The notes beneath the pieces were generated by a model. The model saw only the letters and a program-made list of their open reading frames with translations. It searched no databases and was not told where the DNA came from. From assembly GCF_040938485.1 (NCBI RefSeq), contig NW_027271394.1:2170001-2234000 (forward strand): a stretch of DNA of 64,000 nt, read 5' to 3'. A program made the position numbers and the translations under genes. Source of the DNA: Diadema antillarum (taxonomy: Eukaryota). Of this stretch, positions 38,893 to 51,976 are shown piece by piece (the stretch's first letter is position 1; every line of letters begins with the position of its first letter).

Positions 38893-39194
38893 TCATGAGA
38901 ATACCAAAAAACTATGGTTAAGAATATATGAAATTAAGATATGCTCCAAACAGCAATATGAATAAGCACTTTCAAATATCGTGAACTTATGTCCATATTT
39001 TCTTTCAGACTTTCTATAATAGTGGATCAGACTATCCACTGTACTCGTCGTTTGTATGCCATCGGTAATCTGTACGCCATTTAAGTACCAAAACACGCGT
39101 TCTGAGCCAAACACTTTATCGGCTGTACAGACGGCTGTAACTTCCTGGTTTGGTGTCAGAGGGCTTGGTACTTCGAGAGTCACGCTGGTTCCAC
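38893..39194 (-). other. Partial Ig exon, N-terminal half only, with no good donor; middle gene copy
   Basis: Acceptor ttatttAG, then GGTSVTLEVPSPLTPNQEVTAVCTADKVFGSERVFWYLNG, running to a stop at 38893. Confidence 0.7.
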
Positions 39195-39634
39195 CTAAAT
39201 AAGATAATAACAGAAGAAAGGAAAAGAGAATAATGCGGCTTGATGGACTTTAATACGACAAAAATCACCTTACTTGAAATTCACTCGTCCAGCTTTTTTT
39301 TTTCAGGGACCAGATGTAATTGTCCTTTTAATAAAAAAAAAGAAAAAAACAATTAAAAACTCCAACAATTTACCACTTTTCAAACTATTGCACAAGCACT
39401 GTCATTTGAATGATTTCTTTGTGTGTGTGTGTGTTTTCCCCCTTGGATCCGATATCTCATTTGTTTTCTCTGTTTATACAAACGTACTTTAAAAAAGAAC
39501 AAAAAGAATCCCTGAGAAGTGGAGTATTTACACAAAACTACAGCAACCAATTGAATTAGCAATTGAGCCATAAGTCCAAGACTAAGTTTGCTGTGAAATA
39601 AATATATTAAACCTTTTTGATATTCATATCTTAC

Positions 39635-39698
39635 CAATAAAGGGGATGGCGATGGATAATAGTCCAAGTAGAAATAATCTTCGTCTCTCAGCCATCAT
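39635..39698 (-). CDS. Signal-peptide exon (MMAERRRLFLLGLLSIAIPFI-G), middle gene copy
   Basis: ATG, hydrophobic core and phase-1 GTAAGA donor; only conservative changes from unit A. Confidence 0.85.
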
Positions 39699-42589
39699 TC
39701 TCAAACGTCGATGAATCCTGCTTATGAAAGATAGAAGGTAGAAAAGGGGAAAATATAAGTATTCAGCAACTTTGATAACAGCTCAAACTGAAAGATCGAA
39801 AATGATTTACATTGCTATTGCTACTTTGCAGCGCCACATAAAAAAAAATACAGGGTGTTATAGTGCTTAAAAAGAGATGTTATTACTTATGTGTGTAAGC
39901 CCGGACACTGTGTAAAAGACTTCGGAATGGCTGCAAATTTTCTCTTTCGTGGAATATCCAAAACTTATCACCGATACATTCTATCAAAGACAGACCGAAT
40001 CTAACCCAAGTCTACCTTCAACCTGAAAAATGCCGAATCGATGGATACAAATTTAATGAGAATGAACACTTTACGCTGCAATGTGGCGTTAAAATGTTGG
40101 CAAGCTCGACCGCCTGATGTCCGCTTTCACTGGTGGTCTTTTATTCTTACGTGCCTGTAGACCGTTCGACAATCGCACACTATTCCTACATAAGATTGAT
40201 CCGCGTCTGCAGTTATTGTTTAGTACTTTATATAACAGCTCAAAACATTTGCCCAACGAACATTACACACGAAGTAACGTATCAAATGTAAATATGTGTG
40301 AGCTGTTATCGTCCTTTTCAGTATGTATGTAATTGTTCTTGCTTTCTATGTGAATAATTGTGTGTGGAACTACTTTATTTAGTTGCGCCATGACACATTG
40401 ATAGTGGTGTAAATCGGTATTGTAATGAATATCAGTTTGATACATGAACCCCGTTTCCTGTGTGATCGTAACAACGACTAACCTGATGTCAACATGTGTC
40501 ATCAATACATCCTGGTTTCAAAATCCAACACGACTTGTATAATTTCTTGTTATACTGTCAACATGATAATAGATGACCATTAGAGATTCAGGTTGCTGAG
40601 TTTAGTTTGAGTTTAAGTTTATTTTATTTCACCACGGGTCACTCGCTTCAGCCAATCATATGGCTGTTATGTGAGTGCGTGTAGTTTAAAAACCATACAA
40701 TTACAAAATACAGCATTTTATACATAGTATAGGAAATGAAAAATAAACAAACAAATAAACAAACAGACAAAGCAAAATATACTGACGTGTTGCGTTTATT
40801 TGACGTGTGGATGCTTCTGGTGAGAGCAGACCAATTTTAGACCCAAATTTAGTGTCACCAGGATATTGTGAGAAAGTCCATAAAGTATCAGTACACCTGG
40901 CGAAATACTCTGTGATACGTTGCAACACTGCCTAAAAAAGTTATTGGAGAAACACATTATCGACATTTTGATCTATTTCTTCCTTATACCTCCAGTCCTT
41001 CGTATATTTCGATGGACAAATTCACACACACCACCATAACATCAATTTCCTAGACTACTGCAGAGTTGTGTCAATGATAAATCTATTTTGTTTTGTAAGG
41101 AAAAACTTCAAATCTGAATATCAACTATATGATACAAACTTAATATCAAAATGACACATATTCCTGCTGTTTCTTATAAGATCAATTATTTCTCTATAAG
41201 AATGTAAAATATATCGCTTTTATACATAAAGCTTAAATTGGTATAAAGTAACTCCTATCAGCACACCACCGAAATGTCTGAGATGTTTCGTTAATTCTTT
41301 TTTTTATTGGTCATCAGAAGTTCATCATTAATTTTTACGTAAATCCTAAACAAAACGGGAAATTTACTTCATTACTATGTTGTCTAGGATTTTCTCTCAT
41401 ATGTTTAATTCTTGAGCAAAATGTTTTTTATGACTCTGCTAGTATAGGTTTTCCCAGTCAATCTCATAATTTTGTCATTCAAGTTCTTATTCCGAGCATT
41501 CAATTTCACGCATTCCACGCTCGCAGAACTGAATTAGGAATCAATTTCAAAATCTGGTCATTTGGATTCACTATCGAAGCATTCAAATTCACCATCGGAG
41601 CATTCAAATTCACTACCGGAGCATCAAAATTTAAGAGAGGAGCACACATTTCAGCAATGAGCATTCAAATTCATCTTAAGCTGGCGACGGAATCTCGTCG
41701 GTCATTCAAATTCGTAAATAAGCAACCAAGTTTCCTAACTGCATTCAATTTAAAAGAAGTTCTGAATTTAGTGAGTTTGAAGCCGTGAATGTGTGTCTTT
41801 TTCATTTAGCTTAAATACAGACAAGTTAAAATCAAGTATGTGTGCTTTTTGTCACATTTTACCATGGTATGACTGAGACTTCTATGTTTTGTTTTTGTCT
41901 AAGACAGGAACCTCAGCCAGAGTAAAATCAATGCAATAATCAATATATTGTTTTAAATTTACAAGAATAATCATGCAATTTATTTAATTTTTCACCGCTT
42001 TGTGGTTGTACATTCATTGGGTCCATATAAAATGAATAAATCAGTCGAACTTCCTCTTTGGATTGGAACATTAAGTCATGATTGGGTATCACTTAACACA
42101 TACAGCCAAAGATTTCCGTAATATCGTAATATCACGCATTGGATTGTTGTTCTTTCGTATTACCTAACAAAACACAGGAAACAGTTCTTATTGACTTTGC
42201 CAAGAGATGCGTTTGTAAGATAGCCAAAGAACCATAATTTGACACCACATCAATGATACCCATTCCTCTCCCTATTAAGTTTCAAAACGAATTTCACTCA
42301 ATTTTAGACCAGCCGTGGTTTACTTCCGCATTTGGCAGAATGCATGCAGCCTGCTCTCTACTACGCATGACGTTTCATAGTGAAAAATCTGTCATACTAT
42401 GTCAGTCATTTATGATCAACAGACAAATTCTTTTCGAGGTAATTGATGGGATATGTTCGTTTCTCCTATAAACAATGAGGACATTACTCTCTTGAAAAAG
42501 TTGTATCTGTCTCAGTTTTTAGTTCATTTCTAAAGATGCGTAGCATGTGAAGAGGCACACAATAAAAGAAATCGGAAAGGATGGGATGG

Positions 42590-42800
42590 NNNNNNNNNNN
42601 NNNNNNNNNNNNNNNNNNNNNNNNNNNNNNNNNNNNNNNNNNNNNNNNNNNNNNNNNNNNNNNNNNNNNNNNNNNNNNNNNNNNNNNNNNNNNNNNNNNN
42701 NNNNNNNNNNNNNNNNNNNNNNNNNNNNNNNNNNNNNNNNNNNNNNNNNNNNNNNNNNNNNNNNNNNNNNNNNNNNNNNNNNNNNNNNNNNNNNNNNNNN
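42590..42800. other. Assembly gap (N run)
   Basis: Ns at the position homologous to the (CA)n tract at 10598-10654. Confidence 1.
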
Positions 42801-42942
42801 TAAATTCTACGACGTTAGTTAATGCATTTTAGGTACCCGGAAAAACACTTCCAGATTTATGCAAGCACCGACATTCAACCATGGAGGTACTAACACTCAT
42901 GAATTATCATTACCACGTTCTGCCCAATCATACTGAGATGAA

Positions 42943-43324
42943 AGGGATGATATAGTTTTGGTTGAGATGGGGCTTCAGGTTTCCAATTTTCTTTGTAAGA
43001 TAATGAGAAACCTCCTAGGAAATATTTATTAAAGAGCATGCAATTCTGAATGTTTATTTGAGAAAAAATGGTTTTGAAGTGGCTGAGATATCAAAAAAAA
43101 AACAAAAAAAAAAACAAAGAGGACCTAATAAAAGGTGAGTCCCACCACTTTTTTTTTACTTTCTTTTTGAATATCTCAGTCATTTCAAAGCCAATTTTCT
43201 TGAAATAAACTTTGAATTCCTCTAAGAATCGTATGTTCTTTAATATTTCATAAGTGGTTTCTAATAATCTCGCAAAAAAGTTAAAATCTGAATCCCCTTT
43301 CTTAACCAAACCTATACCATCCCT
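42943..43324. mobile_element. Kolobok-like MITE (homolog of 10827-11220)
   Basis: agggatg...ccatccct|ttaa with the left TTAA mutated. It sits at the same position in both units, so it predates the duplication. Confidence 0.7.
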
Positions 43325-44577
43325 TTAAAGGGAAATACAAAGCATAGTCATAAATATTATCATAGTGACGGAAGTCCGCAATGTTAACTGCAAATCCACA
43401 TATTCATAAACACACACATACACACACAGACACACACACAGCCATTCCATAATATAGTTTACCTAACGCACATCCACAAACAAGTCGTGTATAAAACAGT
43501 TATGTGAGAGGAAGGGTTAATATAACTTTGAATATTACTCTCTGCTGAGCTACTTCACCATGACGGGGTCACTACTCACAAAAAGTTCGTAAGTTGAATC
43601 TTTTTTCATTTTCAGCTCACAGGTTGAACTCTGTAATCGAGAGGGTTTTGTTTTGTTTTCTTTTGTTTTCTTGTCTCGTTTTCGTATGGTGTGAAACTGT
43701 CACGCTAAATAAATCATGCTTAAGATCATTTGTAACTCTTTATGAAACAGGTCCCAGATTAAACAATGAAACCATCATGCTACAGTGAACGTACACAGGC
43801 TCAAAACACACACAAACAAACAAATAAACTCAAAAGCATTACCAGAATTCATTTTAATAATATGTTACTATACTAGCATGGCAAATTCGTTTTACTTGCT
43901 ATTGTGACATTCCTTGTGCTAGTAAAACCAAGACACTTAAAACAAAATGAGGATGAATATAACTTCACAGCAGTGTGCGATTGTGTAATGGATTTTTAAT
44001 GCTAACACAACACGTCCTGGACGATTCAGTTTATCATTTGCATACAGTACTCTGCAGATAACATGTCACATTCCTCCTTGACCTGGTAAAACCTAGATGA
44101 CTTTCGTGCCATGCGCCGCCAGCGGTGGAAAAATTACAGCTATATAATACCAGTGTGCAATAGCCACAAACCCCTTCTGAACAACAACTACAACAAAACG
44201 AAATGGATGAAACCAGGCGGAAACCAAATATATACGAAAACTCCATAATTGTGACATGCATGTGCGTATACTAGTGTATTTCGGAAGAAGAAATCGATAC
44301 CATAATGATACAGCTATACACCATGTACAGTGTATATAGCTACAAACAACTTCTGAACAACACTGCAATAAAACGAAATGAATGTCACCAAGTGGAAACC
44401 AAATTAAACGAAAACTCCATATGACATGCATGTACGTAAGTGTGGTTCAGAAGAAGAAATCGCTTCTATGATAACATCATGAATAAAATATCGTATTCTT
44501 AAAACTACCACTCTTATTACCGTTTCTTCTTCTTCTACAACTATGCCGTATTACTACTATACTACTACTATACTGCC

Positions 44578-45839
44578 GGTAATCATGTAGAAATGCACAC
44601 CTACCGTTCGCTTCGCCGTTGGTCAATCAAATTTTGTGCAGCTCTTGGAGATGCTTAATTGAACCATATCAGAGAGTTTTCATAGAATTAGAAAGCCGAA
44701 AAGGGAAGAAAAATGAGAAATCGGAGTTGAAAAGTACGTCGGTCGCGATCATAGTTCCGACGTAGTAAGTAGTGCATCGATTTCGTAGAGCACGATGTCA
44801 ACGATTATAATCGATTCTGGTAGTCTCTAATTAGCCGCTTACTAACAATATTAACACGACTTGTGCAATACGTGTGGGCCCTAGATCTACTTTCATTTTC
44901 GTATTTTTTCTCATTCTTTTCATTGCCACTATCATGATTATCACTATTTAGATTATTGATACAGATTATTCATACCAGGATTTAGACATCCTTTCTTTAG
45001 AAATTGTGGCAAGTATTGATTTTATCATGACAAAAGTTGATGATTTAATTTGAATAGTGGTGAAGGGAAAAAAATGAGGTTGAAGGAAAAGTGGAAGAAA
45101 AGAGTAAATAAAGGCTATTAGAAGGAGGAAGAGAGAGAAAGAGAGAGAAAAGAAGATGAGGAGGAAGGTGAATTCGAAGGGGATTTGTTTGTTTCTGGTG
45201 ATGGTAAAATGGTATTAAATTTATTTTTTTAATTGATAAGTTCAATTTATAGTATAAATTATTGTTTTTCATGATAGTATAATGCTATTCATTTTTCCAT
45301 TTCATTTTATTAATTATGTATACAAGAACTGGAACCCCAATATTTGCTTTTGTTTCTTAGTAAGGTCCATTTTATTGTCTTTTGGTACACATATTATCCT
45401 CCCATCATTCAGTCAGCAAAATATGTTGACAGATACAATGTTTGTATACAGTCAAACGCAGCACGCAGGAGAAAATTAACTAAAACAACAAAAAACAGAC
45501 GCATCGAGATCACTTTCTTTTTTCAACTTTTTTAAGCCGACGTAATTATTGTGGTTAAACACCAAACAAGCAGCTGTATCACAGACTACAACGATCGATC
45601 ATCATCATTATATCGCTTTTCCACATAATCGATCATCAATCATGCTACGCTGATACAACCGTCGATCGGCGTACTTTTGAGTCAAAATTAGCTACTTTTC
45701 TTCTGTAATTGGCTATGAAATTTCATGAAACCATCAGATATGGTTCATCTTGACATTTCTGATAGCCACGAAAAGTTTTATTGACAAATTAAGGAAGGAA
45801 ATGGTAGGTGTGCATGGTGTGCATTTCTACATGATTACC
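44578..45839. mobile_element. Merlin-like non-autonomous DNA transposon, unit B only
   Basis: 24-bp TIR GGTAATCATGTAGAAATGCACACC and near-perfect 8-bp TSD (atactgcc/ctactgcc), with long imperfect subterminal inverted repeats. Empty site at ~13220. Confidence 0.75.
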
Positions 45840-47132
45840 CTACTGCCACTACTATTAGGCCTACTAATACGAATAACAAAAAAAAAAGGCAAATATATTT
45901 GATAGTTTTATGACACATTTTATATCACATTGTAATAGGGATTAATTTATTGATTTGACCTTTCTTTGTTCCAATCCACGCGAGTAAATATATATATGAT
46001 GAACATTTGCATAGTCGAGGATTATATCCAAAGTGAACCAAATATTCAAGATATGTTATCATTTGACGTTTGCATTACCTTTGTATATTGATTGGAAATG
46101 AAAATAAAACATGAATGAACATGAACATTCTGGAAATAACTTCTTTGTATGGAAATAACTCATTTGTACGGAAATTGTACAGACGCTTGAATCACACTTA
46201 TATAGACGCCTAGTTTAGAAGAACATAATGACCCGGACATTTGATACTTTACAGAGAAAAAAAAGTACAGCTGAAATTGATACAGTTGAGTAAAAGAAAT
46301 GGGCATTGAATTATGGTGGGGCTCTGGAACACTAGTGGTTTTATTGTAGCAAGAAATTCCAGCCGGCTAAAAGGTCATACCATTATTTCAAACCACGGTA
46401 CCTTTTGCAGAAGACGTATTCTTGACGGAACTGTAAGATGACTTTAGATGCAAATAAGAACGGTACGGTTTTTTGGGTATAAAGTACTTTTTTCAAAAGT
46501 GGTGAAAAGAGGCTATTAACAAAGTCTTTAAACTTGTACAAACTATATTATATATAAAATCTTGATTTCAGATTTTGCCATGGTTGGTTGGTCCCTCGTA
46601 ATGCACATGAAATACTGGAGAGATCATAAACTATAAACATATATATTCTGAACGCAACTAGAAGATGCCTGCCTTTGATGTCATTAAAAGAACGGGATGA
46701 TTATTGGGGGTACAAAGTATACTTTTTTTTTTGAAAAGTGTTGAAAAGAAGTTATTAACTGCATACTTAAACTTGTACAAGCTATAACCCACTTTGATTT
46801 CGGACTTCGCTATGTTAGGTAGGTCCCTCATAATACTATGTGAAAACATTGGTGAGATTGCATCTAAAAAAAGATGGATAGCGTCTCACTGGTTAGTTCC
46901 TCTTGAGAAGATTTGGACTTGTGTTTCCTTTCAAGTTACTTTATATCTACTGGAGACGAGGTAGGTGTTGGGGTGGGTGAGAGAAGGGCTTGCTCTGAAT
47001 ATGATGTATGTAAATTATACAAATGCATTGAAGCACCTAGTTGAAATATAGACTAGGGCGTACTTTTTCTTACAGAGTCTGAGATTACACAGTGTATTAC
47101 ATTGTGCCATCTTTTCCATTTGTCCAGCGTCT

Positions 47133-47164
47133 TCAGTTCAAGATTTTATTCTCATAAAGTCGTT
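47133..47164 (-). CDS. Candidate terminal cytoplasmic exon (ERLYENKILN*), right gene copy
   Basis: Same strong acceptor as at 14494. The frame depends on whether a micro-exon near 47507-47538 is used. Confidence 0.45.
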
Positions 47165-47958
47165 CTGAAAGACAAGGAAAACATGTCATGCAATGTTTAA
47201 TGACTTATACCAACAAACAGTAACGTGTTGCTGATATGTTCTTCTTCTATACAAGTATTACATAAATCTAGGAATACAAAGATGCTTGTCTCTATGACAA
47301 AGAAAGGATGACATATATTTCTGAGCTAAACTGAAAAAAAAAATGACTGGGAAAGAATGTTGAAGTTTGCCGTGTGCTTAGAATAAGATCAGTATAAAAT
47401 TGAAGTCTCCGGGTTCTAAGCAAGGAATTGGCCTTTTGATCTAGACATCTAATTCTGGATTTCCGTATCTCATATGGAATAAGTTACCAATACTGAAGTG
47501 TTCATACCTTCTTTTCTTCTTTCTTAATCTTATTGCTTTCTATTAAAATTGAGTATGTTTGGGGATTAAAGAGAAGGCAATTAGGACATTCCTTTGAGTT
47601 GGGTAGTAGCTGCGTATCCCTAGTAGGAGCTCAACACTTTTCTCTCTTCCATCGAATCTTACCTATTCCATTCGCAATGGCAAAATGTGTCTCAAAGTTT
47701 AAAAGCTCTTCCTCTTAAACATTTCCGATGTTATCATCCCAGAATTTAAGGTAGTACCTTTCGTCAAAGTATTGCAATTCGGCGGTCGTTTGCTTACATG
47801 CCCTAAGATTTCTTGAATGTAGTTCAGACTACGTTCATAAAGATTGTTGCCTGCTTCTGAATTGTTTCTGAAGTGAAATGACCTGTAAAGAGAAAGCCGG
47901 GATAAAACTGTATATTCGCAAAAGAGAAATCGTTTTCTGTCACAAATTCCAGACAAAC

Positions 47959-48093
47959 CTGGTACTTTGGGCGTGTCTTTCTTCCTCTGCATGACGGTGA
48001 CGACACACACCACAACACCGAGAACGAAAAGGACGATGAGGAGGGCGTACGTTGTCGACATTGTTTGCAGGATTCCAGTTACATGTACGTAGT
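47959..48093 (-). CDS. Transmembrane exon 2, right gene copy
   Basis: DYVHVTGILQTMSTTYALLIVLFVLGVVVCVVTVMQRKKDTPKVP. 135 bp, AG/GTTTGT. Confidence 0.85.
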
Positions 48094-48944
48094 CTGGAAA
48101 AACAGACAGACAGACAGACAGACGGAAAGGCACGTTATGGCGTTGTATGAATGATTTCGTAATTTCATCAGATTGCAGTTCTCGTTTGTAACCACTGGTA
48201 ACCCACCAAGATGAAAATAAACTTGGTGTGTACGATCGCACAACATCGAAATTAAAACGTCCCGTCTTGAAACGTATATATGACATTCTCACCGTCTCTC
48301 TAATAAGTGGTCGCTACAATGATTTGATTTTGCAGTGAATGTCAGTGTTTAAATTCCTAGTCCAATCTCAAAATGCACAAACATGGTAGTTCATTTCACC
48401 AAGAATCGTCATGTATTAGCACTATCTTAAACATTTATTTTAGAAGTTATGTAACATATATTATATCTACACATGTTATATTCGTTGTGCCTATCTATAA
48501 TCGACTACCATACGAAACTGGACATTAAAATTCTGCTCAAATAGAATACGAAACGTTGTCTTTTTCACCCTTTTGTTATGTGATTTGATATGATGCATTT
48601 TTCAGTTCTCATAGCCTCTTTCTTCATCCGATCTAACAAACCAAATCCCATGCAAAGTTTAGGTGTACTCGAACATTGGCACTTCTATATTTTGCGTCGT
48701 ACACAAATATATTAGATATGCTGCTGACATATATAGATATTTTTTTAGCTTCTGACAAAGAAAAATATGCTGGCCTATACCCTTTTTATGATATAGAGCT
48801 AACCCTGTGTAAGTTGTTAAACGAAAGTGGGAAATGGTCGAAAGTAATAGACAAACTCTATATCATTCTCCGTCTTATTCAAGAGTAAACGTAAGTTAAA
48901 TCCACGAAATTTGTATATGATGATGTTGTTCTCCAAACGCCTAC

Positions 48945-49208
48945 CAGTTGGACAATAAATTTCCGATGCAGTGATGAAACCAAAGTCGTTGAGAGCGCTA
49001 CAAGTGACAGAGACACATTTCTCAGGTTTAGGGCTGAGATAGACCCACGGAGATCTGCCTCTTGAGAGTGTCAGGTTATCTGCTGTAATCACGTACTGGT
49101 GGAAATCGGGGTGGGGCTGGTAATCTTCGGTCACGTGACACAGAATTACGACAACCGTCACATTGTCATCGGACGTATACTCGGACAACTTGATCTCAAT
49201 CACATCAT
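48945..49208 (-). CDS. 4-Cys Ig-like domain exon 8, right gene copy
   Basis: Paralog of 16277-16540; open frame, 264 bp, same splice sites. Confidence 0.85.
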
Positions 49209-49801
49209 CTGTTAAGGTATTCAGGAGACATTAGAGAAATAAACGAGTACGAGTGCAATGAAGTCTTATAGAGTTTATGCCTGTCTTCATGAAAGCAGTA
49301 GCTACTCATGCTGGATGGTGATGTAAACAACAACAAAGATTATAATGTTTATTGAATATGAAAAGAATGAAATATGCAATCTTCATTGTGTTCGAAGTAA
49401 TTACTGTGCAGTAAAAGTAATGAAAGTGGAATATAGCAGTTATTTTCCCGGTTCTTTTACACCGGAGGATGACCGTCATCCACCATAGTTTGTATGTGTA
49501 GACGCGATGAGCTGCCGTAAATCTTTGAAAGTATTGAAGTACAGCATCGTCAAAAGAATGAAAGTGCAGCTTTTTATACGACTAATTCGACTAGGAAATT
49601 ACAACATTAAACTGTATGTCTCTGCTTTATAATATTCATCTATAAATTCTTGCGTAACAATGATAATGACTGACAGGGTTTAATGTTAATCGGGCATGAG
49701 CTTTTTTAGTAACAGGTAAGCTTTCCACGGCCACCTTTTGAATATATCCTAAGAATAGCTCACACTCATCGTCTGTGTTTAGAAAGTCAGATATCACGTA
49801 C

Positions 49802-50071
49802 CTCTGGGACAATGCAAACTAAGAGAGGTCGTTGACCCATGGACATTACTTCCGGTGCATCTAATGTTAAGACACCGGTTCTGATGTGACGTCACAATGG
49901 CAGACGTATTTCTTGAAGAGTAGATCATGCTTTCACCGTTTACCTCGATACCAAAAATGTTGATAGGATATTTCGGTTGGTCCGACGAATCGATAGAACA
50001 GGTGATGTTAATATTGGTGGTATCCGTGTCGTTTTGAACTTGGATTGAGATCAGACCTTCTTCCGGTGGAT
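49802..50071 (-). CDS. 4-Cys Ig-like domain exon 7, right gene copy
   Basis: Paralog of 17062-17331; open frame, 270 bp. Confidence 0.85.
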
Positions 50072-51196
50072 CTATCAAGATCAATTGTAATGGGTGAATG
50101 ACAGTAGTAGAAATAAGGAAGATACGACTTTCTGCCACAAATGTTCATAATAACTTGAGTGCAAGTATACACGATAAAAGATTTCATGAACATTGACACG
50201 AACCTCCAGTTGTGATGGAATACGTCAATCACTATAGAACTCAACATCAGAAAGTTTAACACTTTCTCTTCCCAAAGTAGAATTGGATAAGGCTCCTTTT
50301 ATGAGTCTTTCACGCAGATGTTTTTGTTTTTCAGATGTTATACTTGAATATTGTGATTGAATATGTAACTGGTGTTTATCTGTAAGCCTCGGTATTGTAT
50401 CTTCGTCTTGTTCTGTCTTCTTTCTCTTACTTCTCTAGTAAACTGAGAGATTTAGTTATGACACCGCCAAGTTTTAACTTTCAAAAAGTCTTGTAAAGTT
50501 TCGCTTTGAAATGTATAGACCTCTAGGGTCAAATCTAAGTTCACATTCTCCTCCGATGATTTATTGGGTAACTACTACTGTATCTCACATGACGCTGGAC
50601 AAGTGATGCTTTTCAAAGTTTTGTTTTTTTTTTGTTTCCTTTCTCTCTTATTCCCCTTTGCTATGTAGCCTCTTTCTGTGTGCCCTGATTGCAATCTAAA
50701 GCATTTGGTTTCTTAAGGGTTTGATACGCAAATTATTGAGCTATAAAGGACAAGCCCCCCAAAAGTTTTGCTCTTAAATATTGTTCACTTTGTTATTTAC
50801 ATTTTCGTGAATTATCTCTCTTTTCCCTTAAACTGTCACTTGTTTACTCAGGGGGAATCGTGACGTCTCTACAGGTAACAAAGTTTCCGGAAGATGTAGT
50901 TGTAAACCGTACAGACTGAATTGAGATCTTTTATCATACTAGGTGTTACAAAAAACATTTCCCACTTTTGATCCTTTATAGTTTGAAAACTAAGGATAAA
51001 AAGTGTGAAATGTTCTTTTAACTCCTAGTAGTTGTTCGTAATGACAGCACGCGTTTATAGCGATAAGCCAAAGAGAATGAAAGTAACATGTCAGTATTAT
51101 ACATATATGCGTACATGTACATTACAATTAAGGAAAACACACTCGCCCACATCTATGATACAAGCACGCGTATGATTTGATTTAAATCTACTTCAC

Positions 51197-51472
51197 CTGT
51201 AGGGCAATATGTTTCCGTAGTGTTTGTCGAACCGAGATCGTTGTTTCCAGTGCAAGTTACTACGGTACAGTTTTCAGGCCTTGTCGATAAAGTGGTTGAT
51301 GGCCTGGTTGACAATGATACAGTCTTCTTTCCAACCTTGACTTCGAAAGTATGCAGTGGAGGATGAAGCACAATCGTTTCATTTACGTGACAGTTTATGA
51401 CCAATATTGGTTGGTTATTTTTGCCCAGTTTCTCTTCCAGCTGAATGTCGATTATTGCAGGGCGAGGTGGAT
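51197..51472 (-). CDS. 4-Cys Ig-like domain exon 6, right gene copy
   Basis: Paralog of 18455-18730; open frame, 276 bp. Confidence 0.85.
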
Positions 51473-51496
51473 CTGTTAACATGTGTTCGAAAGAGA

Positions 51497-51543
<47 letters not shown>

Positions 51544-51976
51544 GGAGAGGGAGAGCCAAACACACACAAAAACAGGAAGCGCCTCTAGATGTGATCTGTC
51601 ATCACGTAACATTGAAAATATTGCAGTCATTAAAGACGAGAAATATACACATTAAAGTGGTTTAGCAGAAAAGAATCAAGGAAAGGTAACTATGATATCT
51701 TAACTACCTATGACAAGAATTTCTCGGAGTAGGAATAAAATGTTTGTCGGTTTTCACGAAGCAATTTCCGTCTTTGTTGTTGGTGTTGTTGTTGTTGATG
51801 TTATGTGCTTGAATGTGCAATCTAGCTCCTGAGCACTTGACTGCATTTAAACTTGAACGGTGAATGGTTTATCAGGGGGTACACAAACTCTACGTTTTAA
51901 GGTTGATACATTAAACCTGAATGTTTCGTCTGATTTTGGTCTTCAGAAAGCAAACGAAACATGCGGAATGTTAGTG

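Noticed and set aside
47699-48292. 197-aa ORF containing the TM segment
   Set aside because: It is read-through of flanking introns around the 135-bp TM2 exon, and the frame outside the exon is not conserved in unit A.
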